Shown here: piece by piece, positions 14,297 through 27,869 of the stretch | Position numbering within the stretch: position 1 is the stretch's first letter | Layout of the letters: every line of letters begins with the position of its first letter | Assembly: GCA_028534125.1 (NCBI GenBank) | Contig: CM052817.1 | Coordinates: 68,946,001-69,010,000 of the forward strand | From: Lama glama | Lineage: Eukaryota | Direction: 5' to 3' | DNA: 64,000 nt | Position numbers and translations under genes: made by a program | The notes under the pieces: model-generated | Told to the model about the DNA's origin: nothing | What the model saw: the letters and a program-made list of their open reading frames with translations, nothing else | Database searches by the model: none

Positions 14297-14888
14297 TGTC
14301 AAACCTATAGGGATTCAAAACAGGAACAGGTGGAAATACTGGACTTGAGAAAGTGAATTAATCTGCGTTGAGTCTGAAACTGTGGTATCTCTATCTTTGT
14401 GAGCATCTGCTTGTACACACACACACACACACACACAGCATCACAAGACCTCTGGATCAGAGGCAGACTTTTCATTACTATGGAAAATTCTTGCATCAGT
14501 TTCTTTTGCTACAGTGCCCCATCAAGAGACTTGATGATTGCAGATGTCTCCTGAGCACATGGTAGAATTTATACCACAGGAGAGAGACCTTGACGCTGTA
14601 AATCTACAAACCTCTGTTGGCCCTCCTCCCCTCTGGAGATGGAGACCTTTGTTCTAGAATGTAAGCACATCCTCTCTGGAGAGAGTGGTGTTCTCTAAGT
14701 TTACAATCCCTGAAATGTAAACAAATTCTCCAGGAGAGATGTCACTAAATCTCTCTGGAGATCTCTAACTTTCAAGGCTTGTTTGCCATACAGTCATCCT
14801 TAATCCAGGTTGCTAGTAGGGTAGTGTTTTTCAGAAAGACCTTTCTGTGCAGAAATATGAAAATATTCATAAAGCATGATTTCCCGGC
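14297..14888 (-). mobile_element. ERV1-type solo LTR (MER90/MER110-like) with internal (CA)n
   Basis: Minus strand starts 'tgccgggaaatcatgctttatgaatattttcatatttctgcacag...aaggatgactgtatggcaaacaagccttgaaagttagagat', resembling the MER90/MER110 LTR start as recalled. Subfamily not verified. Confidence 0.55.
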
Positions 14889-14894
14889 AATGTA

Positions 14895-15390
14895 CTGACT
14901 GGACATAAACTATTCTAAATACCTTTTCTAAAATCACTTGTTTCCCCGTTCTTTACTTTGAACACATTTGAGAGAATGCTTGAATTGTCAGCTGATAGCA
15001 CGTTAAAATTTATTTTTTATGTATATCACTATGTGATTTGGGCATATGACTCAGATGCCCAGAAGGAGTTCAAAGATTTGAATGATACTACTGTTACGAA
15101 GCTCTTTCTATTCCCATCTGCCTATTTAACATACTATGTGTTATCTTATTTGTATAAAAATGAAAAATAGGAACAGAATTGATGTTGATCTATGTCTTGT
15201 TCTAGCAAAATTTAATATTCATGTATAGATATATAAACTTACTGGAAAAAAGTGTAAGAGATCTATATCTAGCAAAACATTATTTTAATAATTAACAAAA
15301 TTTTATGTATTTATATTATTTAAGCAATTGTATACTAATAATTGTAGTGATAACCTTATTGAGGAGAAAATTTTTAACCCTTAACTCAGT
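14895..15390 (+). mobile_element. hAT/Charlie DNA transposon remnant (transposase C-terminal dimerisation region)
   Basis: ORF 14958-15170 'LELSADSTLK...KEFKDLNDTTVTKLFLFPSAYL' resembles the hATC 'LLPFPSTYLCE' segment. It is followed by 'aaaaataggaacagaattgatgttga' (KNRNRIDV), matching the K-RNRL motif. Confidence 0.7.
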
Positions 15391-15886
15391 TCATCTGTTA
15401 CCTCTTAAAGAACTTAAGTAATTCTCCTCTTACCTTCACCTACACACACAACAAACAGAAATTTTTTCATGATACTTATGTCACTGTATTTACTTCTCAG
15501 TTTGCTTTTCTGCCTTCCTGCTCCTCTTAGAACTTAATGAGCCTGAGTTTGGTGTTACTTGCATAGTACCTGATAGAGTATGTGTGCAATAAATGTTTCA
15601 TTAGATATATATGTACAAAAAGAAGGGAAATCACAGTGGGCCGAAGGAGTCTGGAAGTTATGGAGGAGTCCCTGAAGAGGTGAAGCTCTTGTTGGAAGTT
15701 ACAGTTGGAGCAATCCAATGTTCATAGAGGGAGTGTGCATTCCAGAGAGGAACATGGACAATTTAAGCTTCTTTCTTGAAAAATAGCAATAGATATGTAA
15801 GGAAGTAAAATCACATATTTGCAGTTCACTTCCATTTCCATTGTACTCATGGTTTGGTGGGAATATTTTGAGGAAAAGGAGCTGCA

Positions 15887-16386
15887 NNNNNNNNNNNNNN
15901 NNNNNNNNNNNNNNNNNNNNNNNNNNNNNNNNNNNNNNNNNNNNNNNNNNNNNNNNNNNNNNNNNNNNNNNNNNNNNNNNNNNNNNNNNNNNNNNNNNNN
16001 NNNNNNNNNNNNNNNNNNNNNNNNNNNNNNNNNNNNNNNNNNNNNNNNNNNNNNNNNNNNNNNNNNNNNNNNNNNNNNNNNNNNNNNNNNNNNNNNNNNN
16101 NNNNNNNNNNNNNNNNNNNNNNNNNNNNNNNNNNNNNNNNNNNNNNNNNNNNNNNNNNNNNNNNNNNNNNNNNNNNNNNNNNNNNNNNNNNNNNNNNNNN
16201 NNNNNNNNNNNNNNNNNNNNNNNNNNNNNNNNNNNNNNNNNNNNNNNNNNNNNNNNNNNNNNNNNNNNNNNNNNNNNNNNNNNNNNNNNNNNNNNNNNNN
16301 NNNNNNNNNNNNNNNNNNNNNNNNNNNNNNNNNNNNNNNNNNNNNNNNNNNNNNNNNNNNNNNNNNNNNNNNNNNNNNNNNNNNNN
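15887..16386. other. Assembly gap (500 N)
   Basis: Run of exactly 500 N. Confidence 1.
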
Positions 16387-16579
16387 GTACAATATGAGAC
16401 ACATTTCTTCTGTCAAAGGGGCTGCCAGTATAGGGCACATATAGTTAAAAGCATGCAAGAACTAAATTATAAGGCAGTTATGTTTGTGTCATAAGAAATA
16501 AACTAACATCTCTTACGAGCATTATAGGGAATCTGTAATGTGTGGAGAGCTTTCACCTGGTTAGGGTAACAGAGAAGAC

Positions 16580-16835
16580 TTAAGATAGACATACCTCTGA
16601 GCTATAGCCTCATCTGACTGTGGACAACAATTTCATATGAGTGTGTCATAAGCACTTCAGATTAAAAGGAAAAAAAAATCCAGTGTTGAACCCACAACCT
16701 CTCGTTTTAATCTAGCTCCTCCAGTATTCTTTGGTGGCATAATCTTGTATTCAGTTCCTTTGGATGAAAACTGGGACTTATCCTTGACTTTCTGTCTTCC
16801 TACCCCTTGCAATCAACCAATTGATTTATCTTCTA
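16580..16835 (+). mobile_element. L2 fragment
   Basis: 'aaaactgggacttatccttgactttctgtcttcctaccccttgcaatcaacc' is L2-like. Confidence 0.55.
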
Positions 16836-16844
16836 ACATATTTT

Positions 16845-19800
16845 TCCCTTTTTATTTGTAATTGAAGTATAGTTTTAACATATAATATTATACTACTTTC
16901 AGGTATGCAACATAGTGCTTTGACACTTATATACTACGAATTGGTCATTGACAGTAACCATCTGTCACCATACAAAGTTGTTACATGGCTGTATTACCTA
17001 CGCTGTACATTACGTCCCCATGACTTAATTATTATATAATTAGACTTTGGCATTTTTTAATCCCCTTTACCTCTTTTGCCCAATTTCTGCTCCTCTCCCC
17101 TCTGGTGATCACCAGTTTGTTCTGTATGTCTGTAAGTCTGTTTCTGTTTTGTTTGCTCATTTGTTTTGTTTTTCAGATTTCATGTGTAAGTGAAATCATA
17201 CAATATTTGTCTTTCTCTGTGACTTAGTTCACTTAACATGATAACCTATAGGTCCATTCATATTGTCATAAATGGCAAGTTTTCATTCTTTTTTATGGCT
17301 GAGTATTATGTCATTGTCTCTGTTACCACACATCTTCTCTATCCATTCATCTACTGATGAGTACTTAGGTTGCTTCCATACCTTGGCTATTGTAAATAAT
17401 ACAGCAGTTAACATAAGGGTGCATTTATCTTTTCTAATTAGTGTTTTCTTTTTCTTCAGATATATACTCGGAAGTGGAATTGCTGGATCTTATGGTAGTT
17501 CTGTTTCTGATTTTTTTGAGAAATCTCCACAATGTTTTCCATAATAGCTGCATCAATTTAAATTCCCACCAACAGTGCACTAGGATTCCCTTTCCTCCAC
17601 ATTCTCACCAATAGTTATTTGTTGTCTTTTTAATAGTAGCCATTCTGAAAGCTGTAAGATATGTCATTGTGGTTTTGATTTGGTTTCTCTGATGACTAGT
17701 GAGGTTGAGTATCTTTTCATGTGTCTGTTGGCTCTCCTTGGAAAATGTCTATTCAGGTCTTCTGCCCATTTTTAAATCTGTTTGTTTTCATATTGAGTTG
17801 TGTGAATTCTTTATGTATTTTGGATATTAACTCCTTATCAGATATATCAATTATCATCCATTTAAAAAGTTGATTTTTTGTTTAGTTAATGGTTTTCTTT
17901 GTTGTGCAAAGCTTTTTAGTTGATGTAGTCTCATTTCTTTATTTTCGTTTTGTTACCCTTGGCAGAGGGGAAAGATCCAAAATAATACTGCTAAAACTGA
18001 TGTCAAAGAGCATATTTCCAGTGTTATATTCTAGGTGTTTCATGGTTTCAGATCTTTAATTTAAGTCTTTAACTCATTTTGAGATTGTTTTTGTGTAAGG
18101 TATAAGAAAGTGGTCTAGTTTGATTCTTTTGCATGTAGCTCCCCAGTTTTTTCAATACCATTTATTGAAGAAACTGTCTTTTGCCCATTGTCTATTCTTG
18201 GGTCCTTTACTGTAAATTAATTGGCCATATAAGCACGGTTTATTTCTGGGCTTTCTGTTCTGTTCCATTGATTAATATGTCTGTTTTTGTGCCAATACCA
18301 TACTGTTTTGATTACTGTAGCTTGTACTATAGTTTGAAGTCAGGAAGCTTGATACCTCCAGATTTGTTCATCTTAAGATTGTTCTGGTTATTTGGGGTCT
18401 TTTGTGGTTCCATACAAATTTTAGAATCATTTGTTCCAGTCTGTGTAAAATGCTGTGGATATTTTGGTAGGGATTACATTGAATCTGTAGATTGCTCTGG
18501 GTACTATGGACATTTTAACAATTTTAATTCTTCCAAACTATGAGTATGGTATATGTTTCTATTCATTTGTGTTATCTTCAATTTCTTTCATCAGTATATT
18601 ATAGTTTACCTAGCATAAGTCTTTCACCTCCTTGGTTAAATTTATTTTTAGGTGTTTTATTCCTTTTGATACAATCATAAATGGGATCGTTTTTTAAAAT
18701 TCCTCTTACAGTTTGTTATTAGTGTAGAGAAACACAATAGACTTCTGCATATTGACTTTACATCATGTAATTTTACTGATTTAATTTATTAATTCTAATA
18801 GATTTTTGGTGGTGTACTTAAGATTTTCTATATATAGTATCATGTCCTCTGCAAACAGTGACAGTTTTACTTCTCCCTTCCCAATTTGGATGTCTTTTAT
18901 TTCTCTTTCTTGTCTGATTACTGTGGCTGGAACTAATACTGTGTTGAATAAAGTCAGCAATAGTGGACATCCTTGTCTTGTTCCTGTTCCTAAAGGAAAA
19001 GTTTTCAGCTTTTCACCATTGGGTATTATGTTAGCTGTTGATATGTCACATATGGCCTTTATTAGAGTGAGGTATGTTCCCTTTGTACCCACTTAGTTGA
19101 GAGTTTTTATCATAATTTGATGTTGAATTTTGTTAAATGCTTTTTCTGTAGCTGTTGAGACAGATGATCATGATTTTTATCCTTTGTTTTGTTTATGTGA
19201 TGTATCACATTAATTTGTGAATATTGAACCATCTTTACATCCCTGAAATAAATCCCATTTGATCATGTTGTATGATCTTTTAATGTATTGCTGAATTTGG
19301 TTTGCTAATATTTTGTTGAGGATTTTTGTATCTATATTGATGAGAGATATTGACCTGTAATTTTATTTTATGTTTTATAGTATCTGGTTTTGGTATCAGG
19401 GTAATACTGGCCTCATAGAGTGAGTTTGGAAGTGATTCTTCCTTTTCAATTGTTGAAATAGTTTGAGAAGGATAGGTATTATCTCTCTTTTTTTAAATTC
19501 AAGTACAGTCAATTTACAATGTTGTGTTAATTTATGTTGTACAGCATAGTGAGTCATCTATGCATATATATATGTTTCTTTTCATATTCTTTTTCATTAT
19601 AGGCTAATACAAAGTACTGAATATAGTTCCCTGTGCTATATAGTAGGACCTTGTTGTTTATCTATTTTATAGATAGTAGTTAGCATCTGCAAATCCAGAA
19701 CTCCCAGTTTATTCCTCCCCACCTCCTTTCCCTCCGGTAACCATAAGTTCATTTTCTATGTCTGTGAGTTTGTCTCTGAGCCATCTGGTCCTGCATTTTT

Positions 19801-20670
19801 GATTCTTGGGAAAGAATTTTTTGATTACTGATTCAGTTTCATTGCTAGTGAACAGTCTGTTCAGATTTTTTATTTCTTCCTTCAATCACTGATTCAGTGT
19901 TGGAAAAGTATATTTTTCTAAGAATTTATCCATGTCTTCTAGGTTCTTCGGTTTGTTGGTTTATAATTGTTCATGGAAATCTCTTATGATCTTTTGTAAT
20001 TTCTGTGGTTTCAGTTATAACTTCTATTTTGTTTCTTATTTTATTTACTTGGGCCTGCACTTTTTTCTTTCTGACTCTGGCTAAAGGTTTATCAATTTTA
20101 TCTTTACAAAGAACCCACTCTAAGATTCACTGATCTTTCCTCTTGTTTTTCTAATTGCTATTTTCATTTATTTCCTCTCTTTATTATTTCCTTTCTTCTA
20201 CTAAGTTTGAGTTTTGTTTTTTTGTCTTATTTTTTCTTTTTTTCTAGTTCCTTTAGGTGTAAGGTTAGATTGTTTATTTGGGATTTTTCTTGTTTCCTAA
20301 GCTAAGCTTTTATTGCTTTTATTGCTATCCCTCTCAGAACTGCTTTTGCTGCATCCCATAGATTTTGGGTTGTTGTGTTTCAATTTTCACTAGTTTTGAG
20401 GTTTTTTTTTTTTTCTTTGACTTCTTTAGTGACCCATTGATTGTTCAGTAGCATGTTGTTTAGCCTTCAAGTGTTTGTGGGTTTTTTGTAGTTTTTTTTT
20501 CTTATATTCAATTTCTAGTTTCATAGCATTATGGTCAGAAAAGATGCTTGATATGATTTCCATTTTCTTAGATTTGCTGAGACTTATTTTGTGGCTTAGC
20601 ATGTGATCTGTCCTGGAGAATGTTCTGTGTACATTTGAAAAGAATGTGTTTTTGGATGGTATGTTATATA
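16845..20670 (-). mobile_element. 5'-truncated LINE-1 (~3.8 kb: 3'UTR plus decayed ORF2 RT region)
   Basis: ORF 18781-19092 (-) '[34 protein letters not shown]...[17 protein letters not shown]' is the L1 reverse-transcriptase core with FADD decayed to FAED. Laurasiatherian-type 3'UTR 'gtaaccatctgtcaccatacaaagtt'. Confidence 0.95.
19488..19777 (-). mobile_element. Short younger L1 3'-UTR fragment (cetartiodactyl/camelid type) nested in the older L1
   Basis: T-run then 'aatatagttccctgtgctatatagtaggaccttgttgtttatctattttat'; same 3'UTR family as the copy at 59633. Confidence 0.85.
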
Positions 20671-21514
20671 TAACAGGTTACTTAGGAGTGTGTGAATCTC
20701 CCAACCATTTCATTCAGTTCTTTTTTCTCCATATATTTGTAATAAACTAAATCCTCCTTTCACAATTGTCGTTTCTTTTGGGGATCCCATAACTTCCTAA
20801 ACTTTTTTTATTTGCATACATTAAGATTTACTTTTTGTGCTATAAGGGTCTGTTCATTTTGACAGATGCATTGTGTCATATATCCACCATAATTGTATCA
20901 TACAGTATCATTTCTGTATGATACTATTATGCCAATAAGCACATTTTATTAAAATTATCTTGCTTTTGGTCACATGAAATCATTCCATAATCATATTTAT
21001 ATAGTTCATTTATGGTTCTATAAGTCTTGAAGGAAGAAATCTTGGCAATATTAAAAAAAAATCAAATAGAACTCCTAGACACATCCAGAATACAATTGCT
21101 TTAACATTACTGGCCTGAATTCACAAAATAAAGTTTTCACTTCCAAAATTGTGTTCCCAACTCTGTGTAAAACTTCCTCATTTTTCCTAGTAAATTATAA
21201 ACTCCAGGGATGATTTTTTTTTTGACCACCCTCATATCCAGCATGCCCAGAAGGCCAGCAAACCAAAATGGAAACAAATGTACATCCTGTACAAGTTCAA
21301 GTTGTTTCTTAACCTTGCAAAAATACACCCAAAATGTTCTAAAGTGCTCAGATTTTTTTTTCTAATTTTGGAAAACAATGGACTAAATATATCTACTGCA
21401 ATTTTTTTCTCATAACAGTAGGTTTCAACAAATGGAGGCAAAAAATGGAGATGTCACACTGAGATCCAGTCACTGGTCTATGCTTTACATAAACTGACTG
21501 ATCTAATAGTCATA

Positions 21515-21635
21515 ATAATTGATTTAATATTCCTAACAACCATATGATGTGAGTACTATTTCTTTCCTCATCCTACAGATAGGGAAATTGAGGTACAGAG
21601 GCTAAGTGTCTTGCTCACAATCACACTGATACTTA
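21515..21635 (-). mobile_element. MIR SINE
   Basis: MIR core 'tacagatagggaaattgaggtacagaggctaagtgtcttgctcacaatcacac'. Confidence 0.8.
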
Positions 21636-22809
21636 CTTACTCAAGTAAGCAATGAGCATGACTACTAGAAACCCCAGTGATTCTCTTATATTGGAGAAGT
21701 AGTACCCTGGGAATATCTTCTGGAGCAAGAAGTGTCTCAACTTTTGTCTCGAGTAGGACTGTAATGATATGAGGGTATATTTGGGGGCAAACATCATGGC
21801 TCACTGGAATATTGACAGTGTGCTTCTTTGTTTGCCAGATGTGGTTATGGTCTGGCAAAGATTGCACATCTGTCAAACAAAAACTTTATTTGAGAGAGTG
21901 GAACCAGAGCATAGATATATACTAATAACCAGATATCCGGCTTCCCAAAGAATTGCACAGGAAAGACAAACATCTGGGATTTCCATTGTGCAATGTGCTT
22001 ATACTGCACTCCAAAACAACCACAAAGACCACAGCATTAGATTGTGACAGCTCTTGAAATTTAACTGTCTCTACTAATAAATATCAATTTTTAACAACCA
22101 AGTGTTTTTTTAAAGTGCTTGTAATAAACAAGTGTGAACATTAATGTTCTCAGTTTAAGCCTAATAGTGTATATATAATTCAACCACCAAGCAAGTGGTG
22201 TTCCTGAAACTGATTCTGCAAAATGAGTGAAAATTAAGTGAATATGAAGAAGAGTATTAAGGAAAGTCAGATAGTTACAGTAGATGTGGTAAAGACAGTA
22301 GAAACAGAGATAAAAATAGCAATTCCTTGTATGGAGTACCAGGTAATGATGTTTAGAGAAACCCTGAAATGTGAAGATACTTACAATCGTAGTCCTAAAA
22401 ACATTTTTCTTGAACTTGGCTGGTCACAGTAGTGGCTTGGATTTTATCAGGTATGATAATAGTATCCTCCTATTCCTCTAATTTTATTGTTATCTTTATC
22501 ATTTTCTTCTACCCTCTCTTTGCAAGAGAAGAAATGTATAGAGTAATACCATCACCTGAGGCAGTCGCCTCATGTCCCCTCCTAGTCAATTCCTATATAA
22601 TGTATATTGAGTTCTTACACCTCTGGGTCTGTTCCTGTGGGCTCTCTCAGGCATCTTCTTCTGCTAGGTGAACTCCTAATCATCTTTTAGGGGTCCAGCT
22701 CCAATATCATCTTTTCTGTAAATAATATTTCCCCTTTCCTAACTTTGAGAAGGAATCCTTTCTTTTTCATATCCTCATAACATTTTGTTACCATTAGCAT
22801 TTTCACTTG

Positions 22810-22925
22810 GGAAACTACTAAAAATGCAGATCCTCAGACCTCACTTAAGTCCTACTGAATCAGAAACTATGGGGATGGGACCCGACAAGGTGTTTGTGAT
22901 GCACCCTTAAGTTTGAGAACCACTA
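22810..22925. mobile_element. MER5A-like hAT non-autonomous element
   Basis: 'aaaatgcagatcctcagacctcac...cctactgaatcagaaactatggggatggg...gatgcacccttaagtttgagaaccact'. Confidence 0.8.
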
Positions 22926-22931
22926 TTTTAG

Positions 22932-23085
22932 AGCTCTGTGGCTTTGCAAAAGTAGTTTAATTTCTCTGAGCCTCAGTTTCATTATCTATGTAAAATGGAA
23001 ATATCATCACATCTTTGTAGTTACAGGTATGAGAGATAATGTATTAGGTAAATAGTAGATGGCAAAACTATTTTATTACTTATTA
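22932..23085 (+). mobile_element. MIR SINE
   Basis: Core 'tttaatttctctgagcctcagtttcattatctatgtaaaatgg'. Confidence 0.75.
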
Positions 23086-24660
23086 ATGTGTCATTGAGGT
23101 TTTTAGACGGTTTCCCAAATCAAGTAGTTCAAGAATCATTGATGATAGGTGAATGATTTTATAATCCTTTCTAAATGCACAAAATATCACACCATAAAAG
23201 AATGATAAATTCAACTTCTGTATAGCAGAAACTCCATAAATAAATGCAAAAAATTAACTTTGTACTGGTCATATTTCATTAGAGTAAGTTGTGTGTCCCT
23301 TGGAGTAAAGTCTGTGTCCCCTAAAAGACCAATGCTTAGTGTAGAACCTAGTGCATGGTAGGTAGATAATCTATAAATATCTGTAGAATGAAAATATAGA
23401 TAAAAATAATGACATGAATTATTTGTTGATTCCAGCTTGATTATCTTTATCACAGAGTCTTACAAATTATTTAGTGTCTTTTGAAGATTCATGGAAAATC
23501 ACCAGTGCTTTGGGAATTGCTGCCATTTCCACTTACATGCTTAAGTACTAAAACGTGCTCCCACATCCTGTTTTCTCTTGCAACTCCCTCACGACACTTT
23601 GGGATTTCCTAAAGGGAGCCAGCCATAGGAGTTTGCTCCAACTTGACTGCATTTAAGGTAGCTGACATAAGGCAGGGCCCCAATGGAGGTGATAAGTTGG
23701 GATGTGAGATGCACGTATTTCTGCTCTTTCTCTTCCTCCTGCTTTAACTTTCTAAATGTGGGATAACCCACAGAAAACTGGGAGCATAATTCAGCATTAT
23801 GAATGTCCACCAACTTGTGTGAGAGTTAAGAGTCCTCCTCCATTTGGGTGAACTAGTACTCCTAGTTAGATAATTGTGTATGTAATTTCATCTAAAATAA
23901 TAATAAACAATTAAAAACTATATAGCTATATGAGGTGGGTACTTATTTGGTTTTTCTAACAAGGAAGGTTAACGAGGTCTTTCAGTTTGTGTTGGGAATT
24001 TGAGAGTGGAGTCCTTTCCTTGAGCTTTAAAGTCTTCTTTACAAAAAACCTTTCCTTGTGTTATATTTTTGGTATTTTTCTCTGGGAGACTGATGATCAT
24101 CATAAAGACAGACTGTGCCATAAGAGGGTAGGGGAGGGAAGATTAACCCTAACTAGGGAGATTGGGATAAACTTTTTGGAGGAGTTTTTGTTGGGGTTGT
24201 TTTGTTTTTATTTGTTTGTTTGTTTGTGGACTGCCAAGTATGGATAATTATTCAGCCAACAGATGTAAGAGGAAACTGAAATTGAGCAGAGGAAAGAGTG
24301 TGAGGAAAATCGTGGAGAGAGATAGCAGGGTGTGCTAAGGAACAGTGAATAGTGTAGTGATGGGGATGGGGCAGGTATGCCAGATGATCAGATTGGAAAG
24401 TCGGCTGTGTCAGATTGAAAAAGGCTTTCCTTACAAGTTTACAAACATGTACTCCATAAACAATGAGGAGCCACCAACAGCCTGACCTAGTGTCCTGAAA
24501 CTCAAGAAGGAGCTTTTCTTCCTAACAGTTTTTCAACTTCAGTTCATACTAAACTTCTGTTCTTATGTCTCTGAGCCTTGAATGAACTTTTTTCACATGA
24601 GAAGGTTTGGGTGAATTTCTATTCTTGCCAAAACGAACAAAAATGTTTTGCTTAGGATAT

Positions 24661-25098
24661 TGTGGTGATTAATTTTTTGTGTCAGCTTGACTGGCCTAAG
24701 GGATACTTAGATAGCTGGTAAAACATTATTTCTGGGTGTGTCTCTGAGGGTGTTTTTGGAAGAGATTAGCATCTGAATCAATAGACTGAGTAAAGAAGAC
24801 TCACACTCACCAGTGTGGGTGGGCATCATTCAAACCATTTAATGGCCACAGTAGAACGAAAAAGAAGAGGAAGGGTGAATTCTCTCTTGAGCTGGGGCAT
24901 CCATCTTCTCCTATCCTGGAATATTGGAGCTCCTAGTTCGCAGGCCTTTAGACTCAGACCAGCATTTACATTATTAGCTCGGCAGATCATGAGCCCTCTG
25001 AGCCTCCATATTGGTGTGAGCCAGGTCCTGTAATATATCTTCTCTTATGCACACATATCCTGTTGATTCTGTTTCTGTAGAGAATCCTGACTAATACA
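24661..25098 (+). mobile_element. MLT2 (ERVL) solo LTR, MLT2D/C-like
   Basis: Starts 'tgtggtgattaattttttgtgtcagcttgactggcctaagggatacttagatagctggtaaaacattatttctgggtgtgtc' and ends 'agaatcctgactaataca'. TSD gatat/tatat. Confidence 0.93.
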
Positions 25099-25164
25099 TA
25101 TATTATGCATATGAGATGATCCATTTTTTTCTGTAACAACTCATATTTCTCTGGTTTCCTTCTT

Positions 25165-25410
25165 AGTAAAAGTATATTGATCAAGCACACTGACTCGAGG
25201 TAAAATGTCATTGTTCAAATCCTGACCTACAACTTTCCTTGAATAAGTCACCTAGCTTCTCTGTGCCTCAGTTTCCTCATTTGTAGATGCAGTTTTAATG
25301 ATTCTTACTTCCTAGAGTTATTGTGAAACTTTTAAAATTTATTCTATGTTGAAATATTAGAAAAATGCCTAGTCCATAGAAACTTTTGATTAAGTGTTAG
25401 CTATTATAAT
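25165..25410 (+). mobile_element. MIR SINE
   Basis: 'gttcaaatcctgac...ctctgtgcctcagtttcctcatttgtagatg...taagtgttagctattat'. Confidence 0.85.
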
Positions 25411-27482
25411 TTAAGGCTACCAAAAGAACCTATATTTGAAAAGAAATGATCCTGGAAGAATATTTGTAAAATAAGATTTTTCTTTCTTTTAACTTGTTCT
25501 GAACCAGGTAACTAATATATTTTGAACTAAGGCACTGTAGTAAAAGACATTCCCACAAGAGAGAGAAGGATAGTGTGCTTAGGATAAGAAGCAGAGAGGT
25601 GGAGGGATGTAACCATGAAAGAAAGAGTGCTTCAGAGACCATTTTTTTTCCCCCAAGTAGGAAACAAACCCCATATGTAATGTTTTGAAATGTGCAGGCG
25701 TTAGATTATATTTTTATTATATAATTACACTGTCTTGAAGCTGGAATAAATTGCTTTAGTTGCTCATTTGTTTGTAAAAGAATCATATCAACAGCACCTC
25801 TGAAATACCTTCAGGTATGTCTGAAGGACATCATTCGGTGAAAATTCTAAGACTGGTTCTATATTATGTGATGTTTGGAAAAAGAGGAAAAGACCCTCTG
25901 GATCCACTGACCTTCCAAAGTACCTCCTGACCACTTTGCATTTTAAACTGTTTAAAGATTTCTTTCTTTTTGGCATAATTCTATCCAAAAAGTATGAGCA
26001 TCTTATGCTCCTTCAATTGTCAGTGTTTCTTATTCAAAAAGAAAGACCAGTTAGTTAAAGTGCCTTGCAAACAAGAAAAATAATTAGTGTGTTTTAGCTT
26101 CATTTTTATAAAGATTCTTCAGTTCTAGTTTTTCAGTCCTTTCATATATTTGCCAGATTACCTTGGAAATTCATCCCCATCTCATCCCCATCCATACAAC
26201 CACAATTTCTGTTAATTTTTACTATAGCAGTGATTTTTGACAGCCATGAGTCAGAGAGTTCTGAGACATTCTGCATCAGTTGATTAATGTCTGAGTTCGA
26301 TGTTAGCCATCTTTGCATGTGAATGGGGACTGATTTTTCTGTCTTTAGTACAGATGTTTTCCTGGACTGCTAAAATGGACAGTTTTGCTTTTGGTTTATT
26401 ATTATTATGATTATTTTATTTTTAGTTAAATGATTACTCACAGATTGTTAATGCAAAACTGTGAGGTGATATGCCAAAAAAAAAAAACAAGCAAAGATCT
26501 AATTCATTTAATATATTCCCACTCATGGTGGCTAGGAAAACACATAGTGTAACCTCAACATTTATGGAATGGTCATGTAAATGAAATGTTTAACAAAACC
26601 TATAAAACAAGATACCCATACTCATAAATGAATTGCTTCAGAAGATAAATTAAAATCTTTCTGCTTCTTATTTATTATGAAGTAATTTGAACCATTTCTT
26701 TAGATAATTTTACTTCTTTTGAAATGGGTACATGTCTATTGAATTTGAATTAAATCACAGGAGAAAGAGTTATTATAACCTTTTCAGGTAGTTTATTGCC
26801 AGTATTAAAATATTTGGAGATAGCATTTCAAAGAGCATGGGCAGAATCTGTTCCCTTTAAGCCTTCTATGGGCTCTTTGATATTATGAATGCTACCTTAT
26901 CTTTATACCCCTATCTGTGTGCACAGTGTCTGCCACAATTTATACTCTTGGTATATGTAAAATAATAGAATTAATGATATAATAAACATACTGTGAAATT
27001 AGGTAATAAAAAACTTCTTTTTGAACCTTCACACCTAGCTAATTCTGCTTTTAAACTGTAGATATAGATTGAAGATAAGGAATTAATCAGTTTGAAAAAA
27101 AACCTCTCTATGGTATCTTTGTTTTATCTGCTAAAAGTGAATAAAACACGTGACTGTGAAGCAAAACCTTAGTAGAAAATAAAACCATTAGGTATACACA
27201 GAGAAGATGTGCTGAACATGAAAAGGCTGGGTTGTTTTTTATTTTTTAAGAATGATTAGATGTAAAATTTCATAATTTCCTTTCTTTGAGAACTCTTTGA
27301 GTGTGTCATTCAAGTATACTAAAAAAAACATATTTGATCTGAGAACTGAGTGACAGATACAATATCAGCTTATAATTCATCTTCTAAAAGATTACTTAAC
27401 CATTTCTGTATTAATTGCAGGATCAGTAAATTCCAAAATTCCAATCTATTTGGAATGTAATCTCTAAGCTCTTATAAATAGC

Positions 27483-27513
<31 letters not shown>

Positions 27514-27869
27514 CATACACAAATATATTATTTTACTACATAGCTACATCATAGTTTTATTTCAACTTATGTTTACTTTCAGAATGGATTCAGCCCAATT
27601 ATCTATGCCTTAATTTCCTGTAACACAATGTTAATAATTCCTCATCATAAAATGATCCCAAGGTACTATAATATTGAAAAATAGTTTTTGTATTATAGAA
27701 AAATTTCAGTTAACATAGCTGCAGTGTAAAATTTATTGTATTGACTTCTAATTCATTGGATATAAAGGAATAGAGATGATACATATGTCAGTCCCTGGTT
27801 AAATATTTCACTTAACTGCCTCCTATTCTTCAGATATTTTGGACAGGCATTCATTCTGATCTCTTAATA

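Noticed and set aside
15722..16494. Longest ORFs in the track (192-238 aa)
   Set aside because: Artefacts of translating through the 500-N gap.
18781..19092. Reverse-transcriptase-like ORF as a functional or novel RT system
   Set aside because: It is a 103-aa fragment of ordinary L1 ORF2 with a decayed catalytic motif (FAED), in a frameshifted, truncated copy.
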